In this document: positions 10,544 through 18,920 of the stretch, piece by piece
Layout of the letters: each line of letters opens with the position of its first letter
How positions within the stretch are numbered: position 1 is the first letter of the stretch
Notes under the pieces: generated by a model
The model's input: the letters and a program-made list of their open reading frames with translations, nothing else
Database searches by the model: none
What the model was told of the DNA's origin: nothing
Position numbers and translations under genes: made by a program
NCBI GenBank assembly: GCA_963713825.1
Contig: CAVQNG010000003.1
Coordinates: 160,001 to 224,000 of the forward strand
Direction: 5' to 3'
Origin: an uncultured Acidobacteriota bacterium
GTDB taxonomy: Bacteria; Acidobacteriota; Thermoanaerobaculia; Multivoradales; JAHEKO01
Length of the DNA: 64,000 bases

Positions 10544-12286
10544 ATGAGCAAGACCCTGACCCTTTTCGTGATCCTGTTGGTGACTCTGCTGGGCCTGGCT
10601 TTCGTTTCGTCCAGATCGCTGCAAGATCGAGCCGAATCAGGAGCAGTCCTCAAGCCCTCACCGGCCTCTCCAGCTGGCATTCGCGGCTCAGGTCCGAGTG
10701 GTGGCCCTTCCAGCGACGCGGGCGTTTTTCAGGCTAACGGGCCCTATCGGGTCCGACTGAGTGAAGTCCAGACCGGTTTCGTTCCGGACCTGAATGTTGT
10801 TGCACCGCCGGCTGACATGCCCATTTCCGATGCCGAGGCAGAGCTCCTGCGCCAGAGGGCCATGCTCATGCCGCCGGATAGTGACGTCCAGATCGCGACT
10901 TCGGCACCCGCTAGCCTGGCACCTAAGCTCGGTGTCAGCTTCCAGGGCCTGGACGCCGAGGACTCCAATTCTTCTGGGGTCAGCACTCCGCCCGATCCCG
11001 AGCTAGGGGTCGGTAAGGACTACGTCATTCCAGTGGTCAACGTCTCGTTCAAGATCTACGACAAGACCGGTGCCGTGGTTCAGAACACGACCACTTTCGC
11101 TTCCTTCATGTCGGCCAATTCAGACTGCGTCGGGGTCTTCGACCCGAACGTCGCCTACGACGAGGCCGAGGATCGTTACATCCTGGGTATCGACGCCAAC
11201 GGCACGGACTACTGTGTGGCGGTGAGCGCGAATCCAGGCGATGTCGACAATTGGAACCTCTACAGCATTCCAACGCTGCAGGGCTGTGGGACCTTTCACG
11301 ACTACCCGCACATCGGAGTCGGTCCCGACCTGATCGTCATGGGAGCGAACCAATTCGCCGGCGGTTTCTGCGAGGGGAGGGTCTGGGCGATGGACAAGGC
11401 GGCCATGTATGCCGGCAACGCCATGAGCTTCGCTACAAAGAGCACGAGCGGCGACGGCACGCCAATGCCGGCCAACTATCACGGTGACGACATCACCAAT
11501 GCCTCACCCGAGGCGACTCCGTCTCACTGGTTCATGACCGAGACCTTCGATGGCTGCACCCACAACGTCTGGACCTGGGACGATCCGCTCAGTGGTGCCA
11601 GCCCGACCAGGGGCTCCAACCTGAATCTGTGCACTGCGTCCGGAGTCAGCGCCGGGTTCCCGGTCAGCTGGCCGCAGCAGGGAGGCAACAACCTGCAAGG
11701 CAACGACTGGCGGGGACAGTCCAGCGAATTGATGAACGGCATCATCACCATGACGAACCAGACGATTTCTTGTAATCCTGGTAGTGGCACGGTGGACTGC
11801 GTCCGTTGGGCGCAGATCAACCCCACCACCAATACGATCGTGGACGCGGGCGTTCTCGGGTCCAATGGTGACTACAGAACCTTTGCCAACGGCGTCTCGA
11901 ACTCATGCGGGGACATGGCGGTCGGCTACTCGAAGGGAAGCAGCTCGACCTTTCCCTCGACCTATGTCACCGGCCGTCTGAGCACCGATCCGGCAGGCAC
12001 CCTGCAGGCCGAGACCCTCCTCAAAGCGGGCGAGGGGACATTCACCTGCTTTGACGGCTCGCCTCACAGGTGGGGTGACTACACCGGCATGACGATCGAC
12101 CCGGATGGGGCCACCTTCTGGTACCTGGGTCAGTACTCGAAGCCGGGAGCTCACGCCGTTTGCGACTGGAGCACCTACATCGGCTCCTTCACTTTCGATG
12201 GCTGCTCGCCGGCAGACGTCATCTTTTCGGACGGTTTCAAGTCCGGAGATACTACGCGTTGGAGTAGCACGGTCGGTGGACCGTAG
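10544..12286 (+). CDS. Secreted Cys-rich 'PPD...DYP...WGDY' family protein with C-terminal IFSDGFKSGDTTRWS tag
   Basis: AGGAGG RBS, signal peptide, TPPDPELGVG, HDYPHIG, RWGDYTGMTIDP, FWY; paralog of 57394-59607 and 59975-61717. Confidence 0.85.
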   Translation: MSKTLTLFVILLVTLLGLAFVSSRSLQDRAESGAVLKPSPASPAGIRGSGPSGGPSSDAGVFQANGPYRVRLSEVQTGFVPDLNVVAPPADMPISDAEAELLRQRAMLMPPDSDVQIATSAPASLAPKLGVSFQGLDAEDSNSSGVSTPPDPELGVGKDYVIPVVNVSFKIYDKTGAVVQNTTTFASFMSANSDCVGVFDPNVAYDEAEDRYILGIDANGTDYCVAVSANPGDVDNWNLYSIPTLQGCGTFHDYPHIGVGPDLIVMGANQFAGGFCEGRVWAMDKAAMYAGNAMSFATKSTSGDGTPMPANYHGDDITNASPEATPSHWFMTETFDGCTHNVWTWDDPLSGASPTRGSNLNLCTASGVSAGFPVSWPQQGGNNLQGNDWRGQSSELMNGIITMTNQTISCNPGSGTVDCVRWAQINPTTNTIVDAGVLGSNGDYRTFANGVSNSCGDMAVGYSKGSSSTFPSTYVTGRLSTDPAGTLQAETLLKAGEGTFTCFDGSPHRWGDYTGMTIDPDGATFWYLGQYSKPGAHAVCDWSTYIGSFTFDGCSPADVIFSDGFKSGDTTRWSSTVGGP

Positions 12287-12363
12287 GAGGATCCGAGCTG
12301 ACACGCTCCTCGGGCTCGATTGCAAGCTCCGACGAGGCGAAGACAAATATGGGCCGGGCAGTT

Positions 12364-12678
12364 CTACTGCCTGGCCCTTTTGCCGTCTTCTGCAACTCGC
12401 ATGAGCTGGAGGACCTTGGCGACAGCCGGTACGGCTCCGACCATGGAGAGAGGAACTCCCTTGTCGGCGAGAATCCGTTTTGCCTTGAGTAGGATCTCGA
12501 GGGCGGGAACGTTGACCAACGGGCTACCGGCCAGGTCCAACTCGATCTGATTGGCCCCCTTCATCGCCAACCGCTGGGCCAATTTGCTGATCTCGATGCC
12601 ACCCTCACGGTTGATGTAGCCCTGTGTGCGGATTCTCGCCGAGGTCCCATCCCGCTTCACCGTCAGTTCCAGGGACAC
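12364..12678 (-). CDS. STAS-domain protein (anti-sigma-factor antagonist-like)
   Basis: About 104 aa from GTG 12678 (GGAG upstream). IRTQGYIN...IELDLAGSPLVNVPALEILL...VAKVLQLM fits the STAS pattern. The ORF-track extension to 12945 looks non-coding. Confidence 0.75.
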   Translation of the reverse strand: MSLELTVKRDGTSARIRTQGYINREGGIEISKLAQRLAMKGANQIELDLAGSPLVNVPALEILLKAKRILADKGVPLSMVGAVPAVAKVLQLMRVAEDGKRARQ

Positions 12679-12983
12679 GCTCCACCCGGTACCAGAGTGC
12701 TTCGCAGTGGCTCTCTCTCGGCCCGATCCCATTTCACCTGCTCCCATTTCGCCCGGCTGGTAGGAGTGGCGCCCCCCGGCACTCATCATCGAACGAAGGA
12801 ACTCCCTACCTCCCGCTCGCTGATCTCCGCCGTTCATGGATCGTCCCCCGTTCTGATACGCGACAGTGGCTTCGGCTCGCCGCAGCGCAGATCCGTTGGT
12901 CAGATACCAATCAATGAATCGAAATGCCTGCATACCCTGTGCCATACTGCTCGAGGCAGCCGAACCTGGGAGACCCGGAAATC

Positions 12984-14930
12984 ATGAGCGTCCCGTCGAT
13001 CACCCCCTATGTGGTTGGACAGTGGGTCCGTGGTGAGCGTTTCTACGGCCGCCAGAACCATCTCCAGGAAATCCTCGCAGGTCCCAGAGAAAGCCTGTGG
13101 TTGTTGGGAACTCGCCGTATCGGCAAGACTTCCCTGTTGCGACAGCTGGAGTGGATGGCGTCGCAGAGACCCGAGCTGGGGTATCTACCTCTGTTCTGGG
13201 ATCTGCAAGGCACCGACGATCCCGCTGAGCTGCATCTGAGCTTTCACGATGCGCTCCTGGACTCTGAAGAGCGCTGGTCCGAGCTGGGAATCGAGGTCGC
13301 AACGCTCGATCCCGACGATCTTTTTGCCAGTCTGACGCACCTGCGGCGCCAGATTCGCACGACCGGCCGCCGTTTGCTGCTGCTCTGCGACGAGGTCGAG
13401 GAGTTGATCCAACTTCAACTCCGAGACGCATCGCTCTTGAGCAAGATGCGGCGTGCCCTACAGGCGGGTGAAGAGATAAGGGTCGTACTGGCTTCGACGA
13501 TTCGCTTGTGGGCTCTCGCCGGGCAGCGCGTTGACACCTCCCCATTCCTTCTTGGCTTCTCGCCGCCCCTGTTCCTGTCCTCCTTAGAGGACGAGGAAGC
13601 GCGATCACTGGTCGTTCAGGATCATCTGGATGATGCGCTTCGACCTGTTCTGAGCGCTCAGGATGTACAGCAAATCTGCGATCACTGTTCCAATCATCCC
13701 TACCTGCTGCAGCTCGTTTCCAAGCGCTTTCTCGAGGCGGGAGATCTGGCGTCGGCCGTCGAGGAAGTCATGGCCGACGACATGGTCGCTCACTTCTTCG
13801 CTGTCGACTTTCGGATGCTAGGCGCCGAGGAGAAGAGAGTTCTGCGTGCTTTGCGCCACCAGGACGAGTTACCACTGGAGACCTTGACCAAGGACCCGGC
13901 CGACACCCACTCGCTCGAGAGCAGTCTGTTACGGCTCGAAGAGCTCGGCTTCCTCCGAAGACCCAGTCCGAGAACCTACTCCCTCGCCAACCCGTTCTTC
14001 CAGCATTGGCTGAAGGAGCTGCCCGAGGCCACGTTGCCGGGTACCTCGCCAGACTCGGCCGGGGACGACTTGCAGGATCTCGCGAAGGGGGAAGGCGGTG
14101 CCGTCCTGGTGGACAACCGCTATCTGCTGCTCGAGCAGATCGGAGAGGGCGGCATGGGCAGGGTCTTTCTGGCCACGGACCGCCTTCTTCGAACACGGGT
14201 GGCGATCAAGATCCTGCGCCCGGAGTTCTCGGAAGAGCCACAGATCCTGGAGCGTTTTCGCCGGGAGATCATGCTTTCCCGTGACCTGGGTCACCCGAAC
14301 GTGCTTCGTGTCTACCACCTCGGCCAGGACGAAAGCCGGCGGTACCTGACCATGCAGTGGGTCGAAGGTCCAGATCTAGGTCAACTACTCGCTGACACAG
14401 GCCCCCTCGAGGAGTCCAGGACCGTCCAGATTGCAGTCAAGCTGGCCTCGGCACTGGAGGCGGCGCACCAACGGGGTGTGATCCATCGCGACATCAAGCC
14501 CCAGAACATCCTCCTCGACCAGGAATCAGAACCTCTGCTGACCGACTTCGGACTGGCGCGCGAGCTCGAGGACGACGGAATCACCAGTTCGGGGATGTTC
14601 CTGGGAACTCCCAACTATGCGTCTCCCGAACAAGCCTCGGCTCTGCCGCTGGACGCAAGATCCGATCTCTACTCCTTCGGGGTCGTTCTGTTCGAAATGT
14701 CCACCGGCAAGCGACCCTTCGCAGCGGATAGCGCCGCCGAAGTGCTGCAAGAGCACCGTGCGACTCCGCCGCCGGATCCGAGGTCTTTGGCGCCCGATCT
14801 CTCCACCGGATTCTCGTCAATTATCCTCCGCTGCCTGGAAAAGAGCCCCGATCGGCGGTTCGAATCGGCCGCCGAACTGCGCCAGGCTCTCGAGACTCTG
14901 GACTACATTCCCAATCGCTCGCTGTCCTGA
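12984..14930 (+). CDS. P-loop ATPase (STAND/AAA-like) fused to a C-terminal Hanks-type Ser/Thr kinase; no TM segment
   Basis: PYVVG...FYGR, Walker A GTRRIGKTS, Walker B LLLCDE; kinase motifs IGEGGMG, VAIK, HRDIKPQN, DFGLA, GTPNYASPEQ. Confidence 0.92.
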   Translation: MSVPSITPYVVGQWVRGERFYGRQNHLQEILAGPRESLWLLGTRRIGKTSLLRQLEWMASQRPELGYLPLFWDLQGTDDPAELHLSFHDALLDSEERWSELGIEVATLDPDDLFASLTHLRRQIRTTGRRLLLLCDEVEELIQLQLRDASLLSKMRRALQAGEEIRVVLASTIRLWALAGQRVDTSPFLLGFSPPLFLSSLEDEEARSLVVQDHLDDALRPVLSAQDVQQICDHCSNHPYLLQLVSKRFLEAGDLASAVEEVMADDMVAHFFAVDFRMLGAEEKRVLRALRHQDELPLETLTKDPADTHSLESSLLRLEELGFLRRPSPRTYSLANPFFQHWLKELPEATLPGTSPDSAGDDLQDLAKGEGGAVLVDNRYLLLEQIGEGGMGRVFLATDRLLRTRVAIKILRPEFSEEPQILERFRREIMLSRDLGHPNVLRVYHLGQDESRRYLTMQWVEGPDLGQLLADTGPLEESRTVQIAVKLASALEAAHQRGVIHRDIKPQNILLDQESEPLLTDFGLARELEDDGITSSGMFLGTPNYASPEQASALPLDARSDLYSFGVVLFEMSTGKRPFAADSAAEVLQEHRATPPPDPRSLAPDLSTGFSSIILRCLEKSPDRRFESAAELRQALETLDYIPNRSLS

Positions 14931-15085
14931 TCTCCCAACTGCGGACCCTCGTCGGCTCCGTCGCGTCTTCGAGTGGAGGTGACCGAAATGCGCGACCGGA
15001 CGAAAGACAGCCGCCTGGGGTTCCACCTCCCCCTTTTTAATAGGGTGGCTGCTCGGAAGTCTCGTCACTTTGCAAGGAGACGACG

Positions 15086-15787
15086 ATGCTTCGACACCAT
15101 TCGCACCGTGTTCTATTGATTGGCTTGGCTTGCCTCGCGGCCGCGTTGCTCGCAATGCCCGCGACAGCCGGCGATGGACAATGGCACCTGCGTGTCCAGG
15201 CCGTCTGGGTCCAGCCCGACCTCGATTGGCGAATGTCCCCCGCGCCAGGCGATGTCGTCAGCGTGGATGCCGACGATGCCTGGGGCCTGGGAGTCAGTGG
15301 CGAATACCAGGTTTCGGATCTTCTCGGCGTTGAGCTGGGGATCATGCGAGCAGTTCCAGACGTCAATATCCTCCTCGAGGACACGCTCCTCGGAGTCTCC
15401 CTCAAGGCAACCGATGACCTGACCATGACACCCCTGAGTATCGGATTGAACTTCCATCTGACCCCCGGACAGCGCTTCGATCTCTATCTCGGACCGTTCC
15501 TGGCCTACGTGCTCTACAGCGACCTCGAGTGGAGAGTGAACGAGACGATCGACGTAGGTGGTGTGCCGATTGTCATCGACGAAACACTGCGCATGTCCGT
15601 CGCCAACGATCTGGCCTACGGAGCCGTTGCCGGTGTCGACATCCCGGTTGGCTCCAGGGGCTGGTACTTGAGCGGCACCTTGAAGTACATGGCTACCGAA
15701 TTGGACATCACCGACCCCGATGGAGACAGTGAGAACCTGAGCCTCGACCCCATCATCGTGGCAATCGGAGTGCGGTACTCCTTCTAG
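15086..15787 (+). CDS. OmpW-family outer-membrane beta-barrel
   Basis: Signal peptide, AGD.W.LRV, LGVELG, alternating strand pattern, LDPII...GVRYSF terminal Phe. Confidence 0.82.
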   Translation: MLRHHSHRVLLIGLACLAAALLAMPATAGDGQWHLRVQAVWVQPDLDWRMSPAPGDVVSVDADDAWGLGVSGEYQVSDLLGVELGIMRAVPDVNILLEDTLLGVSLKATDDLTMTPLSIGLNFHLTPGQRFDLYLGPFLAYVLYSDLEWRVNETIDVGGVPIVIDETLRMSVANDLAYGAVAGVDIPVGSRGWYLSGTLKYMATELDITDPDGDSENLSLDPIIVAIGVRYSF

Positions 15788-15870
15788 ACGGCTTCCTTGT
15801 CGAGGATCGCACGACTTTCTAGGGCCGATCGGGAACACCCTGGTCGGCCCTGATTCGCTGCGCATAGAGA

Positions 15871-17256
15871 TCAAAAGCTGAATATCGCGGACAGAGAGAT
15901 GGTGTCGACGAGCTCCGAGAAATCAATCGCTCCGTCGAGCTGGAAGCGTTCGAAGGCCATCCCGAACCCAACCGCATAGTGCATCTCGTCTCCGACTGGA
16001 CGAAGAAGGGCCTGCGTATATGGATTGTCGCTCGTTGCCCGCAGGACATGGTCCGGATCGAGCCAGGCACCTGCCCGCAGTGCAAGCAGCGGCCTGGATC
16101 CCAGGAACACGTATTCGCAACCGATGTGAACTTCATCGCCATCATCGACAGTTTGATCTTCGAGCTCCATGCTCTTCGCCATATCCGAGTAGGTGATTCG
16201 ATCCCACTCGAGCGCAGCGGTCCAGCGACCGCCAGGCGACCGGAAGGCAACACCTAGGCCGTAGGTATCCGGGTACTTTGCCGTCGGAAAGGCCTCGGAC
16301 TCGATCACGAATCCCGGCGGAAACCCCAGAGAGTTGGCCGGACCGAAGAGAGCGGCGCCCGTGATGTGGATCTCGGGGCCCTCGCGGAACTTGCCCCCCA
16401 GAGTCCAGGCCTGTGAAAATCTCCAAAGAAAACCACCGGTAAACCCCATGTCCTTGTCGTCCTGCGTCAGAGTGGTTGTGGTGACCAAGTTCTCGGGGCC
16501 AAAGGACGTGGGAGTTCCGAGCAGGTCGTAGGGGGCGTCCCACCGGTGAACCGAGCCGATCATCGTCACCTCGGCGTCGTAGAGCACCAGGCCGATACCC
16601 AGGCTCAAGCTGTCCGTGATCCTGACCGCCGATGAAAATCCATAAGAGGTGATCAGGGCATCGGCACTCGCCACCTGATCGAGGTAGCGATCCCGGGTGA
16701 GTCGGCCATCTTTGAAGAGTCCCTGGGTGAAGGCAGTGGATTCGAACTTCAGGTACAGATGGCGATAGAGAGCGAACGACCAACGTCCCCTTGGATAGAC
16801 GAATGAAAGAAAGGAAACACCCGTTGAGTCGTCTGATGAGATCCCGGTCCTCAAGCCGATCTCCGTGTCGAGACCGATGCCGGTCGGAGAACCCTGAACG
16901 TTGCCGCTGATTGTGAAGGGTGTCGAGTAGCTCCAGTGCCGGCCTTCGACAGAGACTTCGGGTTCAGCCAGCTGCACCAGGCCAGCGGGATTCGCGAAAG
17001 CTGCCGTGGCATCGTCGGCCAGCGCCAAGAAGGCTCCGCCGAGACCCAAACTCCGGGCTCCGGGATTGGCCAGGCTGAAGTGTGGCGTGAAGATGAGCTG
17101 GGCGAATTCGTTGGCTCTGACCGCCGGGGCAGAGCAAATCACCAACGCCACCAAGAGCAGGTCCTTCAGCCCTCGAGGGGTCCTCAGCGATCTGGGATAG
17201 TCGACTGGGGCTCGGCTTCCCGCGGCAGGTCTCAACCCTTCCGATAGCTCTGTCAT
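15871..17256 (-). CDS. FadL/OmpP1/PorV-like outer-membrane beta-barrel
   Basis: NPGARSLGLGGAF.ALADDATAAFANPAGL signature; C-terminal Phe; ATG 17256 overlaps the upstream stop (ATGA). Confidence 0.85.
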   Translation of the reverse strand: MTELSEGLRPAAGSRAPVDYPRSLRTPRGLKDLLLVALVICSAPAVRANEFAQLIFTPHFSLANPGARSLGLGGAFLALADDATAAFANPAGLVQLAEPEVSVEGRHWSYSTPFTISGNVQGSPTGIGLDTEIGLRTGISSDDSTGVSFLSFVYPRGRWSFALYRHLYLKFESTAFTQGLFKDGRLTRDRYLDQVASADALITSYGFSSAVRITDSLSLGIGLVLYDAEVTMIGSVHRWDAPYDLLGTPTSFGPENLVTTTTLTQDDKDMGFTGGFLWRFSQAWTLGGKFREGPEIHITGAALFGPANSLGFPPGFVIESEAFPTAKYPDTYGLGVAFRSPGGRWTAALEWDRITYSDMAKSMELEDQTVDDGDEVHIGCEYVFLGSRPLLALRAGAWLDPDHVLRATSDNPYTQALLRPVGDEMHYAVGFGMAFERFQLDGAIDFSELVDTISLSAIFSF

Positions 17257-18920
17257 GGCTGCACCCTCAGTCTTTCTTTCAGCCACTCGCGTGCCGCGGC
17301 CCAGTCGCTCTCAACGGTCCGTTTCGAGACTCCCAGGAACTGCGCGACCTCCTCGACGGTCATGCCAGCGAAGTACCGCAGCTCGACGACCCTGGCCTGC
17401 CTCTCGTCGAGCGCCGTCAGCTCCTCGATCGCTCGGTCGAGATCGATCATCTGTTCGCTGGACAGCAGCCCTTTGGGGTTGGCGAAAAGCTCTTCTGCCC
17501 ACGAAATCTGGAGCCACTCACCGCCCCGCTTGGCTCGCCCCCGTCCCCGCGCATGATCGATCAGGACCCGCCGCATCATCTTGGCTCCCATGGCGAAGAA
17601 ATGCGTGCGGCCCTGCCACTCCACCCGCGATTGGTCGACCAGCCGCAAGTAAGCCTCGTGGACCAGAGCCGTCGGTTGCAGGGTGTGATTGACCCGCTCC
17701 CGCCCCATGTACCGATGGGCCAGGCCCCGCAGCTCATCGTAGACCCTGGCCAGCAGCGCTTCCGGCGAGGCCCCTGCTCCTTCTGGCTGCCGTTCCATCT
17801 CAATCATGATCTCAGTGAGCTTCTGCGTGAAAGCCGTGGACTCGAGCTTCGACGACTGGGACCTTGGTTCGCTAGAGCTCGAGCCCTCCAGCCAGTGCCG
17901 GATGAAATCATTCCCCAGCCTGACGCGGTGATCCTCCGTTCGGATGACGAATCCCAGGTTCTCCAATCTCAGCAGGCTGCCGTTCAGGCCACCCTCTTCC
18001 GTTCGGAGGCGACTCTCGAGGGTTTCGCGACCCGCTGCCCCTGTCTCACCGAGGGCGCGCAGGACCTCCTGCTCCGTCCTGCTCAACATGCGGAAGTCCA
18101 CTGCGAAGAAATGGCTCACCATCTGGTCGGCCCGAACCCGGTCGAGGACCTCTTCCAGGTCGCCGATCTCCAGATACTTCTTGGCCACGATCTGCAGGAG
18201 GTAGGGGTGATTGCCGCAGGCCTGACAGATCTTCAGAGCCACCTCCGGCAGGAAAGTCGGCCTCGCTGCGCTCGGCAGGTGCTCCTGGAGAACCAGCGCC
18301 AGGGCCTCCTCCTCGGTCAGACCTGCCAGATACAGGGCCGGCGTGAAGCCGTGCAAGAAAGGAGAGGTATCTGCGGACTGCTCCGCCAGCCGCCAGAGCC
18401 GAATCGTCGAGGCCAGTACGAATCGAATGTCTGCCGTCGATTGCACCGCCCTTCGGAGCTTGGACAGCAGAGACCGATCCTTGCTCTGCAAATCGATCAA
18501 CTCCTCGGCCTCGTCGCACAGCAACAGCATCCTTCTGCCAGTGCCGCGAACTTGCCTACGCAGCCGAGCCAGGGAATCGAAGAGATCCTCTGCATCCAGG
18601 GATGACACCGAGACGCCGACTTCTGCCCAGCGCTCTTCCGAGTCCAGTAGGGCATCGTGGAAGCTCAGGTGCAGTTCCCTCGGCTCGGTGGCCCCCTGCA
18701 GATCCCAGAACAACGGCAGGTAGTCCAGATCCGGCGACGCGGTAGCGAGCTGCTCCAGTTGCTTCAAGACAGAGGTCTTGCCAACACGCCTAGTCCCCAG
18801 CAACCAGAGGCTGTCCCGTTGCCCATCCAGGATCTCTGCCAGCTGGGCACGACGCCCATAGAAGCGATCACCTCGCACCCATTGGCCCACAACGTAGGGC
18901 AGCAGGGGCGGACGAATCAC
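17253..18920 (-). CDS. P-loop ATPase fused to a C-terminal ECF sigma factor (TIGR02999/ECF43-like)
   Basis: GTG 18920 overlaps the upstream TGA. Walker A GTRRVGKTS, Walker B LLLCDE. Sigma: YDELRGLA, HTLQPTALVHEAYLRL, HFFA...MRRVLIDHAR...KRGG, VELRYFAGMT.EE.A..LGVS.RTV..DW. Confidence 0.92.
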   Translation of the reverse strand: MIRPPLLPYVVGQWVRGDRFYGRRAQLAEILDGQRDSLWLLGTRRVGKTSVLKQLEQLATASPDLDYLPLFWDLQGATEPRELHLSFHDALLDSEERWAEVGVSVSSLDAEDLFDSLARLRRQVRGTGRRMLLLCDEAEELIDLQSKDRSLLSKLRRAVQSTADIRFVLASTIRLWRLAEQSADTSPFLHGFTPALYLAGLTEEEALALVLQEHLPSAARPTFLPEVALKICQACGNHPYLLQIVAKKYLEIGDLEEVLDRVRADQMVSHFFAVDFRMLSRTEQEVLRALGETGAAGRETLESRLRTEEGGLNGSLLRLENLGFVIRTEDHRVRLGNDFIRHWLEGSSSSEPRSQSSKLESTAFTQKLTEIMIEMERQPEGAGASPEALLARVYDELRGLAHRYMGRERVNHTLQPTALVHEAYLRLVDQSRVEWQGRTHFFAMGAKMMRRVLIDHARGRGRAKRGGEWLQISWAEELFANPKGLLSSEQMIDLDRAIEELTALDERQARVVELRYFAGMTVEEVAQFLGVSKRTVESDWAAAREWLKERLRVQP

